NCBI GenBank assembly: GCA_013239625.1
Contig: MU054212.1
Coordinates: forward strand, 1,364,001-1,428,000
Length of the DNA stretch: 64,000 nucleotides
Source: Lama guanicoe
Taxonomy: Eukaryota
Direction: 5' to 3'
A program made the position numbers and the translations under genes. This document shows, piece after piece, positions 25,500 through 37,699 of the stretch. Positions within the stretch are counted from its first letter, which is position 1; every line of letters starts with the position of its first letter. The notes under the pieces were generated by a model that had not been told where the DNA came from, made no database searches, and saw only the letters and a program-made list of their open reading frames with translations.

Positions 25500-27950
25500 C
25501 CTCACAGCACAGTCCAGCTTCCTGACTTGTGATCAAGGCCTTTTTAGGTCTAGGAATAACTCTTGGTTTGACAGCAATTACTTGCCTTAAAGCATCATAT
25601 ACTTACAGGGACAATCAAAATTCACCAAATTGCAAACATCTGTAATTAACTAACAAGGGGTTGGTATGGATTTAAACAGCTGAACAATCCAATAATATTA
25701 GCACAGAGTAGCAGAAACTTTTCCATAGTTTGGACTAACTTTGTAATTGTTTTGTCTCCCTGACTTACAGTTATCTGCATTTTAAGGTATACATCTATCG
25801 GGTGAGAGAGATTACTAATCATCATTCATCAAATCTAAATCTTCTCAGGCCAATTCTCCCCTGTAGGGATAACATCATGAGGGGGCTATAATCTAACTTC
25901 CGAACACTTTTGATCAACCATGTCAGTAATACCATAAATTTTATTAGCTTCTACAATATTAACTTTGTCTATGATTTCCATATTATACCATATGGTAATA
26001 TCATGGAAAATTCCTTTTCTCTGGTTTCATGGTTTGAGAGAGAGTGGTTTCCAGTGAGACGTGTCCCACAGCTGGGTTTATCTGTTCTCCATAGAGAGCC
26101 CACTAGCCCTATTTAAAGTTTGTCCAATACCTCTGAGTAATGTTATGGGAAAGGAATAGTGAGCCCTCGGTCATGGCACTAACGTTGTTAAAGAGAACCT
26201 CAGTAGGTTGCAATCTCCAATTACAGATTTCCACAGACTGTGTAGCCCAGTTGTCTCCTATGCTGTGAGAATCTCTGGCTATTGGGCCTCAGATAGCCCG
26301 GACTCCATCTGATCTCAGATGTCGAAGAACCCAGCTGTGCTGTTACACAAATTCATTCCTATCACTGAGCTTGGACATCTTATCTTGGTGTCTGCTCTGA
26401 CCGCAAAGCTCATTTTCCTTTGTTGCCCTGCAGTTGTCATCCTTGTCTTTCCTCCTGGAGGAAAATACCATGGAGGTTTCCCATTTGCTCCAGACCTTTC
26501 TTTTTTCCTTCAAAATATAATTCCTCATTAAAAGTGAATTTCTCTTCATCAATTACTCTTAGCCCAGCTCCTAATTCTCCTACAGCTCTTATTTTCAAGC
26601 TGGCAAAAACTGTTTGATCCACCAGACCTGTTGTTGACATGCAGCACTAACTTCTTACAACTAGGACATAAACCAGGGACACAACAGTGTTGATTCCCTC
26701 AGGCTAAGGTCCTGTGAGTAGTTGTCACTGCTAACCAGACTTTGGTTGGATATGCTATAGTACTTCCCACAGTCATCCACACAGAATTCTGGGCTTTTCA
26801 TTTTCAGGAATGTTAGTCTAAATTCATTTCCTTTCTCAGTGATCCAAATGTTCCAATTGCCCCTCTGCCTCTTTATAGCCTTCCACCCACAATGATGGGG
26901 CAAAGAGCTATTTTTACACACAGTGTTTTGACAGATGGAACATGCAGAAGATGAATTTCCACTGTCATATTCCAGTTCCTTCCTTAAACCATCACCATCA
27001 AAATTAATGTCCATGCGACTGTTCATTTACTTTATTATTAATCAGTGTTGTTCAGATTCAACTGGATATGCATTCCCATAGTTTTCTTCCCAACTCAGGT
27101 CTTCAGTAATAGCTCCATCCTATGAAATAGGAACCAAAAGACATGGCTGTCAGCCACCTTAGTATTGTTCTGTAGCGTTACAGTCAGAGCTTCCATCTGT
27201 TCATCTATTTCGAGGACAAAGACCACTTTCAAAGTTATGTATATGTGTGTTGGGCTGGCTATTCTGCTTACTTCTTGGTGATATAAAAGAGGAGATTTTG
27301 ACAGAGGCCTTTACCCAAAGGACATTTAATTCAAAGCTAAGAAAGAATAATATTCTCCTGTTCTATGCTTCTCTTAAGGCACCACAATCAAATTAGATTT
27401 TTCCCTTCTATACCCATTTATTAGCCTACCCTCTCCTCAGCAACAATTTCAACATTCTTCCATTTGTCACTAATTTAATCCAAACATTTCTCCCCCATGT
27501 AGGTCCCTCATTAAGTCAATGAGTGGTTCTATATGGCTGGTAGCAAGATGAGATATTCCAGGATTTCCCATTTAGTCTGTTACCAATTGTAAGGGATCAG
27601 AAATGGATAGACAGAAAAAAGGGATTATCTTTTCCATGAGGCAATAAACATTTGCATAGTCAGTTTCAACTTGGCAAGTGCAGGGAATAGATAATTCATC
27701 CCATCATCTCTTTGGAATTTTTGTATTTAGGTTTAAATTAATATACAGGCTAACTTTTTCAAAGAATATTACCAGACTTTGGGATCCTTAATAGTAGCTC
27801 TAATTTTAGGGACTAACCACCATTGAAAAAGAAAACTGTGGTGAAGTAGGGAAGATTTGTATGTTACCTTCTATAAAGGGTAAACCTTTTCTCCCTAATT
27901 CCACTACGAAGTGTAATCATCTATCTAATGGAAATCAATTTTTAGTTCCC
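25500..27950 (-). mobile_element. Highly decayed Gypsy/retroviral-like pol remnant
   Basis: Minus-strand motifs in RT, RNase H, integrase order: SPQFSFSMV..PK, ETDYANVY..MGNPG, EKSNL, MDINFDG, PTGENWPEKI, LITD..NF. Confidence 0.35.
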
Positions 27951-28984
27951 CTCATCTTAAGTTGCAAAACACAATGCTGGAGTTTTGTATACCAGCCCTT
28001 TGCTTCTTTGTCCTGCCTACCTTCTGAAGCAGGTGTGTTAATTATCCATTCCAGTTTTCTATTAACCCACTACTTTGAAAGCAATAAATAAGTCAACCGA
28101 GTGTAATATTATTTTACTTACTGTTGCCTGCATGGGCAGGGAACTGAGGATCTAGAGCTGAAGAGATGTAGCTAGGAAGGTTTAATTTACTTTAAGTTTC
28201 TACCAAGTCTGAGGTCAGGAGAATGGGATAGAGTCGTGAGGAATCTCAGTTTGCCTCTTGCTTCATCAGTCTTTCTCCTTTGGGAAACTACGTATTTCTG
28301 AAAGACGTGTAGTTTCTGAACTCAGAGGTACTTAACTTTTTATTACCCATATTCTATTCTTGATTTTGAAGTGGATACCTAATGAGTACATGTTAATTAA
28401 AATTGTCAAATGAGGATGCTCCAGGCTCAGGTTATGGTTACCAAGTGAAAAAGAACAGTTTTTTTTCCCCTTCCAGTGAAATTATAAAGGGGAAATGTAA
28501 CCAATTCCTTTTTCCCTTCACTTTAATAAATTTAAAGGCACTGCAAATGAAATTAATAAATTAAAATGGTATGAAGTGATAGAAATGTCTTTATAATTTA
28601 ATCACACGATATAGAAGAAATATATAGGAAGTATTTCAATGTAATTTTTGAATGCACAATTTCATTTATAAAATATGAAAATGGGCACAGGTAATTTATG
28701 GTTATAGATGTCAGGATAAAGCTTATGCATGAGCGTTGAGTGACTATATAAGAGAACTTCTGAGATACTTATTTCTTGATTTGGGTGGTGGTTATATGGG
28801 TATGTTCAATTTGTAAAAATTAATCAATTATACATCTATGGTTTAAGTACTTCATTCAGTTATGCTTTGTGTACTTTAGTTGTGTATATCATACTTAAAA
28901 AGTAACAAAACAAAAACAAAAAGTAACAAAACAAAATGAAAATGCAGCCTTAATCCTCTAGCAAGTTATTTCTATTAGGAGAGA

Positions 28985-30630
28985 CAAGCAAGAAAACCTC
29001 CATTTCTGTTTCTCTTCATCCCTCTGTACAGATTCGTATTCCCATTTTCATTTGGACTCATTTTCTTTCTTCCTGAAGGACTTCCTTTCACGTTTCTTGT
29101 AGTGTTAGTTTGCTGGTGATAAATTCTTTCAGTTTTTATGTATCTGAAAATTTATTTTGCCTTTGTTTTGGAAATTTTTTTTTCCTTAGGTACGGAATTC
29201 TAAATTGATGGTTTTTTTTTTCTTTCAGCCCTTGAAAGATGTTGGACCAGTTTCTTCCTGCTTACATTGTGTCTGATGAGAAATCTGCTGTCATCAAAAA
29301 AAAATCTTATTAATTTTATATGTAATTCCCACCTCCATCCCCTCGCTGCTCTTAAGACTTTTAAAAATACTGCTTTTGAGTAGTTTGATGTGCACTGTGT
29401 AGTTTTCTTCATGTTTCCTGTGTTTGGGGTTCGCTGAGCGTCTTGGTTTACAGTTTTCATCAAATTTTGAAAGCTTGTGGCCATTATTTCTGCAATGTTT
29501 TTTCTGTTCCCTCCTTTCTCCTTTCCTTCAAGGACTTCTAGTAGGCATTTATTAGGCCACTTGAGGTTGCCTTACAGCTTAGAGATGCTCTCTTAAATTA
29601 CTTGAAAAAAATTCTCTTTTAACTCTGTGTTTCATTTTGGGTAGTTTATATTGCTGTATGTTCAAGTTCACTAATCTTTTCTCCCACAATTCTGATTTAT
29701 CATTAATCCTTTCTAATTGTATTTTTAGTCCAGATATTTTAGTTTTCATTTTTAGAAGTTTGATTTGGGTCTTGTAAAAACTTCTATATCTTTGTATATC
29801 TGTTTAAAATATGGAATATAGCTATAGTAACTGCTTTAATGTTAATTCTATGTCAGTTCTGAGTGGTTTCAATTGATTGATTTTCCTCTGCATTATAGGT
29901 CATATTTGCCTGCTTCTTGGCTTGCCTGATAATTTTAAATTGGATTCCAGACAATATAAATTTTACCTTGTTGGGGACTGGATATTTTTGTGTTCTATAA
30001 TATTCCTGAGCTGTGTTCAGAGCTGCTGTTAAGTTACTTGGAACCAGCATGACCCTTTCAGATCTTGCTTTTAAGATCTGTGAGGCAGGGTCCAAGCAAT
30101 ATTCAGTATAGAGCTATTTCTGAGAACTAAGGCAAGACTATTCTGAATATATTACCCAAAGCTCCATGAATTATGAGCTTTGTCAGTCTGGCTGGGGGGA
30201 ACAAATTCTATAAGTGGCTCCGTGTGACTACTGGGTACTGTTCCTTCTAATCTTTTCAAGTGGTTCTTCTTTCTAAGAACATTTCCTCATATACTGTGTT
30301 GCTCAGTACTCTGGTGTATACTTGCGGAAGGTCCTTTGCAATTCTGCAGCACAGAGCTGGTACTCCCTGACTCTCAACTCAATCTTCCCATCTCAGGGAA
30401 TTTGCTTGGCTGCTCCTGGATGCCTCTCTCTGCTCTGTGCCCTCTCTCAAGACAGTAAGCTGGGGCAACCGCAGGGCTTATCTCATTTTCTCCCCTTCCC
30501 TCAGGGGTCACTGTCCTTCACTGCCTCATGTCTAGTGCCTTGAAAATCATGGCTTCATATATTTTGTCCAGTTTTTTAGTTATTGCAGATAGGATGGTAA
30601 ATTCAGTCCCTGTTAATCCATCCTGGTCAG
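28985..30630 (-). mobile_element. L1M 5'UTR/ORF1 fragment
   Basis: ORF1p-like MATSFQNLMKTVNQDAQRTPN...KVLRAAR; ends about 370 nt upstream of the HRH4 ATG. Confidence 0.8.
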
Positions 30631-30818
30631 AAGGGAATATTTAACTGGATCTATATCATCTCATTTGAGCCCAATTTCTTACCTATACAGTGTATCAGTT
30701 TTTTAAAAAATATATATTATAGAATATTGCTCTATTAATAGGAGCTAGATGAATCGCATTAAAATGTTTTATGTTAAACATTTCACTGTCTTTTGGAAAT
30801 ACTTTTTCAGTGTTAGTT

Positions 30819-30866
30819 AAGGGGAAACTGTTACCACAAGTTTGCTTTTATCAAGAATCAGGAAGT
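30819..30866 (+). promoter_or_regulatory. Putative TATA-less haematopoietic promoter core of HRH4
   Basis: Within about 50 bp: AAGGGGAA (PU.1-like), CTGTTA (MYB-like), TACCACA (RUNX), TTATCA (GATA) and CAGGAAGT (ETS), 140-185 nt upstream of the ATG. Confidence 0.5.
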
Positions 30867-31002
30867 ACTATGAGATCAGCTTTAGATTTAAAAAAAAGTT
30901 ACGCGTGGGAGACTATTTTAGGTATTCGACTGGGAAACACACTTGTCAGAACTGTCTTGCTGGCTTTGTTTGCTGTATTGAGTTTCTTTATCATTTGATG
31001 TG

Positions 31003-31195
31003 ATGTTACCTACTAATGATACAAATGCTTTGCCATTAAACATTCGCATTACTTTAGCATTTTTAATGAGCTTACTAGCTTTTGCTATAATGCTAGGAAA
31101 TGCTGTGGTCATTTTAGCTTTTGTGGTGGACAAAAACCTTAGACATCGAAGTAATTTTTTTTTCCTTAACTTGGCCATTTCTGACTTCTTTGTTG
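31003..31195 (+). CDS. HRH4: Histamine H4 receptor exon 1 (aa 1-64, TM1 to start of TM2)
   Basis: ATG at 31003; MLPTNDTNALPLNIRITLAFLMSLLAFAIMLGNAVVILAFVVDKNLRHRSNFFFLNLAISDFFV(G); donor g|gtaagt; 193 nt. Confidence 0.97.
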
Positions 31196-31748
31196 GTAAG
31201 TCACATATCTTTAAGATAATATTTTATAATTTATTTCTAAAACCTTAAGATAAGCTTTTGTTATTTCAAGGAACTGTATGAAATTTAGGACTACTAAAAA
31301 CTAAAAGTTTAAGGATTAAAGTTCAGGGGATGCTCTACGGTACTGTATGAGAATGTTACATATGTGTAAATCAGCTTCGTAGGGGATTTTTCATCTGAAA
31401 ACAGTTTATTTTCTTTTTTAGAATAAAAGTAAGTCCATAATTGGATTAGTCTAAGTTACTCGCTTCTGAAGCTATTTTCCTTGTATGTTTAGGTTTATAA
31501 GTATTCCTTTTTAAGTGAGCACAGTTTCCTTAGTATCACAATGTTGGAGTAATAGGATATAATGTATATACTGGTAGTCAGCACAGTCAGAAAATGGGAT
31601 ATTCAGGTCAATTAAATAGTATAGCTAGTAATACTATTTTATGATATGGTTTAGAATGTTGTAAAACACACCTAACACTAAACAACCTTGCGTGTAATAT
31701 GGTATCTTAGCATTATATAATTGTAAGAGATCATAGAAATCAAATTAC

Positions 31749-31886
31749 TCTTTCTTTGAAAACATGTACTTTATAATTTTTTATTGCCTGATGATTTTTT
31801 TAAACAATGCTTATCATAATAAGTAAATGTGCAGAAATGTCAACTGATGATACTGTTTTATAGGAGCTTCTAGTCATTGTCTGTAG
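31749..31886 (-). pseudogene. RGS-like fossil exon (138 nt, phase 0-0) inside HRH4 intron 1
   Basis: cattttgcag| LQTMTRSSYKTVSSVDISAHLLIMISIV*KNHQAIKNYKVHVFKER |gtaatt; the end resembles RGS helices 1-3 (RGSL1 VLLNTQHLEFFREFLKER). Confidence 0.45.
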
Positions 31887-32019
31887 CTGCAAAATGTTTG
31901 CATTTATGTTAAAATGGAGCAAAACTCACAGAATATTTAGTTTATTCCTGGGAACACAGTGGCTGCTCAACAAGTGTTAGTCCCCTCACTCTTTTGATTT
32001 CTCTGCCGGTAAGTGTCAA

Positions 32020-32820
32020 CTCAAATCAAGGTCACAAATGTTAGCAGAGTACCTACCATATGTAAGTACTATTAGGTACTAAGTATGATTAGATAATGAG
32101 GAGATATAGAGAAGACTAAGTTAATCTCTCTCTTCAGTAAAGTTTCAATACAGTAGAGTACACAAAAGAAGTTCAGAAATGACCATAATAGGTTAGGGTG
32201 ACATGAGAACCCACAAAGACCTACTAAGTGCTATGGGCACTCAGAAGGAAAAGCACATTTGGTTAGTGGGTAGTGGCCTCTGAAATGAACTTTGAAGGAT
32301 GGGTGGTGTTTCCATAGGCAGAGAGGGAGAGGAGAGAGTATTCCAAGAATCAATAAAGTCATACGGGTAGATAATCATGCACACCTTCCTAAGTGTGAGC
32401 TCCAGGTGGCTAGTGCGTGAATGAGCTGTCTGGGAACAGTAGAGGGTGAAGCTGGAGTAGCTGGAACTTATACAGTGAAAGCCCTTGAATACTAGTGTGA
32501 GTCTGGATTGGAGTTTATTCAGCAGCCAATGTGGAGAATAAGCAGATGGACTGAAGCTTTACCTTAGATGTATCAGAAGAAATGTAGTAGGTGGGAGAAG
32601 CTGGAGCAGGGGACAGCTTGGTTTCAGGGAGAATCCTGTAGTAACCTAGGCAGAAGGTAGTGGTGAGGCTCTGAGCTACGGTGAGTGTGGAAAAGAAGTC
32701 TGGGAGGCAGGACTGCAGGGTGGGGTCAGGCAGGAGAAAGAGAAAGATGAGTTAAAGACAGGGTTCTGGGGACCAGAAAAGTACAGCATTGTTCGTGGAA
32801 ATAAGGAACATTTGAGAAAA
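32020..32820 (-). mobile_element. L2 LINE fragment
   Basis: gagtacctaccatatgtaagtactattagg, tgaactttgaaggatggg and aagcccttgaatacta motifs. Confidence 0.65.
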
Positions 32821-33801
32821 CAGCTTATTCTTTCGATATTGCGGTGATAAAAGTTCCGGAGGAAACTTCTAGCCGGAGAGATTGATTTAGGAATCCTGAT
32901 ACAGAAATGACAGGGTCACAGATAAAAGTGGCTAACCAATATAGAAGTATTAATAATGCAACAAACTCCCCATTTCTCTCCTCAGTCTCCTCTAGATAAC
33001 CAACATTAACAACTTGGTGTAGATTCTTCCACATCATTCGCTTCGCTCACATAAACATGGATTATTACATGAGTATATTTATGTGAATAGAGAGAACAGT
33101 CTTTGTAAATATATGTATTCCTCTCCGTGTCCTTCACAGAACTGTACAACTTTTTGATGACACTCAGAACTTAAAAATTGATAATGTATTTTGACTATCC
33201 CAAAGGCTTCCTGGATACATGATGGTAAGGAGGGATGGGGTAAAACTGTACCTAACTGAGAGAGTCTGAAGCCTGAAGCTTTTGAACAAAGATCGTTCTA
33301 GATAAGAACAGCGTGTTTCTGTGTATAGCGCAATGTCAGCATCACTGCAGCGCCAGTGTCGTGGGCTTGAGTACCACAACATACAGATGTGGTTTGTCTC
33401 GGAGAAATGTCCCTGCAGTCGTGATGATTTAGCAGTCCTAGTGGCCTGCCTTCATCAGCAGGTGGATGGGCAAAGAAATGGCTTTGCTCCTGATGAGAGC
33501 AACTGAACACAGACTAGAATCTCTCTTAACCCGCCGGTCTCATCCTTCATGCGTTCCCTGCCCCTGCCAGCTTCATTCAGAGGTCCACTTATCTAATGCA
33601 ATATTCAGCATGACGGCACTTAGTCTGAGTGTTTGTAACAAGATTTGAGTTTTGTGTCAACACTATTCTTTCTCCTTTGCCATTCTTGAAAGTGTGCCTT
33701 TCAGCTCTGAGTCTGTGGGACCTTGTGGCGGTGGTGGTGGGCCAGGGAAGAACTTGCGAATTTTTCTGTCACTGTAAGATAGCAATTCTTAATATTTGAG
33801 G

Positions 33802-34020
33802 TCATGACACCCAGAGCTCTAGGACCATGTGGCGATGCCAGAGCAGATGAGAGCATGACATGTACTCAGCATGGTGGACTTCCTGGCTGAATGCTATCTT
33901 CTCACAGGTTTCAGAACTGGCCTCTTGTCGAATATCTAAATTTGTGGCACCTGAGCAGCATCCCAGGCTGCATTTAGTGTTGAAAAGCAAAGATTTATTG
34001 AGGAAAAATTCCAGCACCAG
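33802..34020 (-). pseudogene. RGS-domain fossil exon inside HRH4 intron 1
   Basis: aatgtag| LVLEFFLNKSLL...GATNLDIRQEASSETCEKIAFSQEVHHAEY...MVLELW; cf. RGS22 SATLDIGLQQEKKKEIYMKI...AEEYILLLLLEPW. Confidence 0.55.
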
Positions 34021-34285
34021 CTACATTGATATAAATATATCTCATCTGTACACTGTTCCAGGAAAAAAATATACTATTTATATGTATATTGATATCTATA
34101 AAATTGATATCACGTGACTAAGGTTTCCATCTATGGGTACCTTTTTCACATCTACACTTGTGTGGGCATTTATGGCCTATGTGACCATGTGAGGATGGTC
34201 CAGACAGGATCCTCAAGGGCAAAAGGTAGTTGCTGCAGGCAGAGTCGGAACCACATTTTCAGGATGGTAAAGTTTACTTTTAGTA

Positions 34286-34640
34286 TAGGAATACATCAGA
34301 GGTATTGTGGGTTTGGTTCCAGACCACTGCAATAAATTGAGTATCAAAATAAGAGACACATGAATTTTTTGGTTTCCCAGTGCATATAAAAGTTATGTTT
34401 GTACTATACCATAGTCTACTAAGTGTACAACAATATTATGTCTAAAAAACAAATTAAAAAATCCTCTTTTGCTAAAAAAAATTCTTACCATCATCTGAAC
34501 CTTCAGTGAGTCATAATCTTTTTGCTGGTGGAGGGTCCTGCCTCTATGTTGATGGCTGCTGACTGATCAGGGTGGTGGCTGCTAAAGGCTGGGGTGGCTG
34601 TGGCAATTTCCTAAAAGAAGACAACAGTGAAATTTGCTTC
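34286..34640 (-). mobile_element. Tigger1 terminal fragment
   Basis: TA|taggaatacatcagaggtattgtgggtttggttccagaccactgcaataaa...ctttttgctggtggagggtc. Confidence 0.85.
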
Positions 34641-34789
34641 CACTTAGTTTTCTTAGTGAGATGATCACCTGTCTGAAATGTCAATACAGTTGAAAACCCC
34701 TACAAAGCCAAAGGAAAGGGAGCCCAGTTTAGTTACTTTTTACAATGAAGCAGTTTCTGTGCTCAGTTGAATCATTCAGGTATTTGTTC

Positions 34790-35480
34790 AGTGCAGGGTA
34801 GCAGTTAAAGTCAGGGGTTCTGAAATCACACTGTCTGGTTTCAAATCCAATTTTTCACTTACTTGGGGTAAGTGTCTCCTTTTTGAGCTTCGGGTTCTTT
34901 ATCTGCTAATTCAGCATGGTCTCTACCTCACAAAGTTTCTATGGAGGTTAAACGTGGCAATATATGTTCACAACACAATGTCTGGCATATGGTAACTGCA
35001 TGACATGTATTAGTTGTTATTAATTTATTTGAGTTAAATGTGCGAGCCATTGCTCAACTCTAGATGTGGTGAAGAATGCAAAAACCAACTTCCAACATGG
35101 TCCCAATCCTTGGGAGAAACAAGTTAACAGATGATGACCATATAAAGGAGGATGTATTTGTTCATGAGGGACAGGAGAGGCAAGTGACAGAGGGGTCAAG
35201 GGACAAGGAGGAGGTCATTTTTTGAACTAAGTGAAGAATGAGAAGGAATTAAATTGACTTCTCAGTGGAAGAGAGGACATTCTAGGAAGAAATAATGCAT
35301 TGGCAAAGGTAAAGAGACGTGAGCATGAGGGATGTGTCTGGGGAGAGGGTGGCCCATCCTGTCTGGCCTGGAGCATGAACACAAAGATCATGTGTGCTAT
35401 ATATGGCTGGAGATACGGGTTGGGGCCTGAACTTAATCTGGAAAGTAATAAGGAGCCATTGAAGGTTCGATGCTTGTGAC
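34790..35480. mobile_element. MIR (+, about 34790-35020) followed by an L2 fragment (-)
   Basis: ctggtttcaaatcc...ctacctcacaaag; aggagccattgaagg. Confidence 0.6.
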
Positions 35481-35670
35481 AGCTATTTAAAAAATGGTAT
35501 TTTAAGAATGTACAGGAGGTCAGTCCTGAGTTTACTAATGAAATATCATGAATTTCTAAATTGTAATCAAGCCCTTTTTGATCAATTCAGATACACTGTT
35601 GTGTATCTTTGTCTCTTCATATTCATTGATATGTGCTATTTTTTTAACCCTCATTATTTTACCTGTATAG

Positions 35671-35834
35671 GTGTGATCTCCATTCCTTTGTACATCCCTC
35701 ACACTCTGTTTGACTGGAAATTTGGAGGTGAAATCTGTGCATTTTGGCTCATCGTCGACTATCTTTTGTGTACAGCATCTGTGTATAATATTGTACTCAT
35801 CAGCTTTGATCGATATCAGTCAGTCTCGAATGCT
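35671..35834 (+). CDS. HRH4: Histamine H4 receptor exon 2 (aa 65-119)
   Basis: tgtatag| GVISIPLYIPHTLFDWKFGGEICAFWLIVDYLLCTASVYNIVLISFDRYQSVSNA |gtaagt; includes Asp94 (3.32) and the DRY motif; 164 nt. Confidence 0.97.
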
Positions 35835-35936
35835 GTAAGTAAAAAATTAATGTATCCTCCTTAGACGGTTATATACTTGCACATTTTGAGTCCCTAAGGA
35901 AAAAAAAAAAAAAAAAAAAAAAAATTTTTTTTAAAA

Positions 35937-36163
35937 NNNNNNNNNNNNNNNNNNNNNNNNNNNNNNNNNNNNNNNNNNNNNNNNNNNNNNNNNNNNNNNN
36001 NNNNNNNNNNNNNNNNNNNNNNNNNNNNNNNNNNNNNNNNNNNNNNNNNNNNNNNNNNNNNNNNNNNNNNNNNNNNNNNNNNNNNNNNNNNNNNNNNNNN
36101 NNNNNNNNNNNNNNNNNNNNNNNNNNNNNNNNNNNNNNNNNNNNNNNNNNNNNNNNNNNNNNN
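35937..36163. other. Assembly gap (227 N) flanked by poly(A) runs
   Basis: Read directly. Confidence 0.99.
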
Positions 36164-37049
36164 AAAAAAAAAAAAAAAAAAAAAAAAGATTTAGTTGACA
36201 AACCTTCGAGGAGCCTGACTACTCTTTCGTTATCTGGCATTAAGTTCTCATCGGCCCTTAGTGAACATTTTCTGTGTATGATTTTGCTAAGTCACTTCTG
36301 TATGTGCCCCTAAAATGGGAAGGTGTCAAACAAAGTCCAGGGCAAGTGTGGGACGTGGTATACTGAGTCCACAGTAGATTGGATATGCATGAGGCTCACA
36401 GTAGGTTTTTCAGTTCAACTCCTTAGACAACTTGAGACCTGAATGTTCTCTTCAAGGTGGAATTTGGTGGGCAAGTAGAAAGATTCCCAGACTTCTGAAT
36501 GTCATGAGAAAATCAATTTTGAATGACCAAAGGAAAAGACAGTACACAGGGAAGTTACAGCCTGTACAGTGCAACTAACCAGAAACAAATCAGTGCCAGT
36601 TTAGGATCCATACCAAGGAAGTCTGAACTTATCCAAGATTTGGAATAGCTTCATCAACTCGTTAGTGACAGCACTTAAGCAAGCTAAATTTATCAACAAG
36701 AGAATGAAAGAGAGAATAAGGCTGATATTAGTAAGGACAGAGGATGGAAGGGGGGCCATGCAAATACAGGACGATGATGTGAAATCTTTGAGGCCTAGAT
36801 GGGAAACTTCCTTCACTCCTGAGTCCCAGGGACCCAAATCTGTGGGGAATTAGTATGACAGGAGTTTTGCTAAGGACTAGTATACAATGACTCAGTACAC
36901 GCTTTATCTGTGAGGAGCATAGTAGTCTGGTATGGAGGCAGATCCACAGACAAAGGGGCTAAGAGTGATGCTGGAGGCACTGCCAGAACAGTGACAGCTC
37001 TGGCCTCGGAGGACTGCACAGCTTGGAGGCAGACAGGGTTGGGAGAGTG

Positions 37050-37590
37050 TATCAGATAAGGCAGGGACAAACTGCCATAACAAAGAGATTCCAAAGTGCT
37101 GAGACTCAAACAAGATAGAACTTTCTTTTTCTCTCATAGCACAGTCCAGGAAGAGTGGGAGGCTCTGCTCCAGGAACTCAACCAGGGACCCAAGCTCTGT
37201 ACCTGCTAGGGCAGGGATCAGCAAACTTTTACTATAAAGGGACCTATATGGTCTCTGTTGCAACTGCTCAAATGAAACTTTCTTATCCAAACAGGTGGTG
37301 GGTCACAATTGCTCCTAAGCCCTAAGTCATTATGCTCCTCTGCATGGTCAAAGACAAGTTGTTGTCACTTCAAGTTCTAAAAGGAAGGACAAAAGGTAGA
37401 AGTCCAGGGGATTTTCTTTTAACCAAGTAGTGCAGAATCACACAATCATTTCCACTCACATTTCACTGGTGAAATTTAGTCACATGGTCTTACCTTACTG
37501 CAAGGGAAGCTGGGAAGTGCGTCCTCTAACTAAGCTGCCATGTGCCAGGAAGAGGTGGAGAGTGGATGTGGTGGGATGGCCAGACACTTG
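37050..37590 (-). mobile_element. MLT1 (MaLR) LTR with a nested MER58 fragment at about 37208-37325
   Basis: ctcaaacaagatagaact, tccactcacatttcactgg...gtcacatgg...ctgcaagggaagctggga. Confidence 0.65.
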
Positions 37591-37699
37591 GCATTGGATA
37601 CTTCATTGGCGCCAGAGTTCACTGCAGTTTGTACTGGACAAACTATGGAGAGAGCGCAGATCAGTTTGGATTAGCAATTCAGATGTCTATAATCTCACA

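Noticed and set aside
28897..28936. Short direct repeat aaaaagtaacaaaacaaaa x2, and other short tandem repeats, as CRISPR-like arrays
   Set aside because: These are retroelement A-tail or microsatellite decay in mammalian DNA, with no repeat-spacer structure
31196..31248. Read-through extensions of HRH4 exon ORFs (also 35508-35670)
   Set aside because: Intronic sequence beyond canonical splice sites; no evidence that the intronic AATAAA at 31422 is used
35869..36240. 123-aa ORF with a run of X
   Set aside because: Artefact of the N gap and homopolymers
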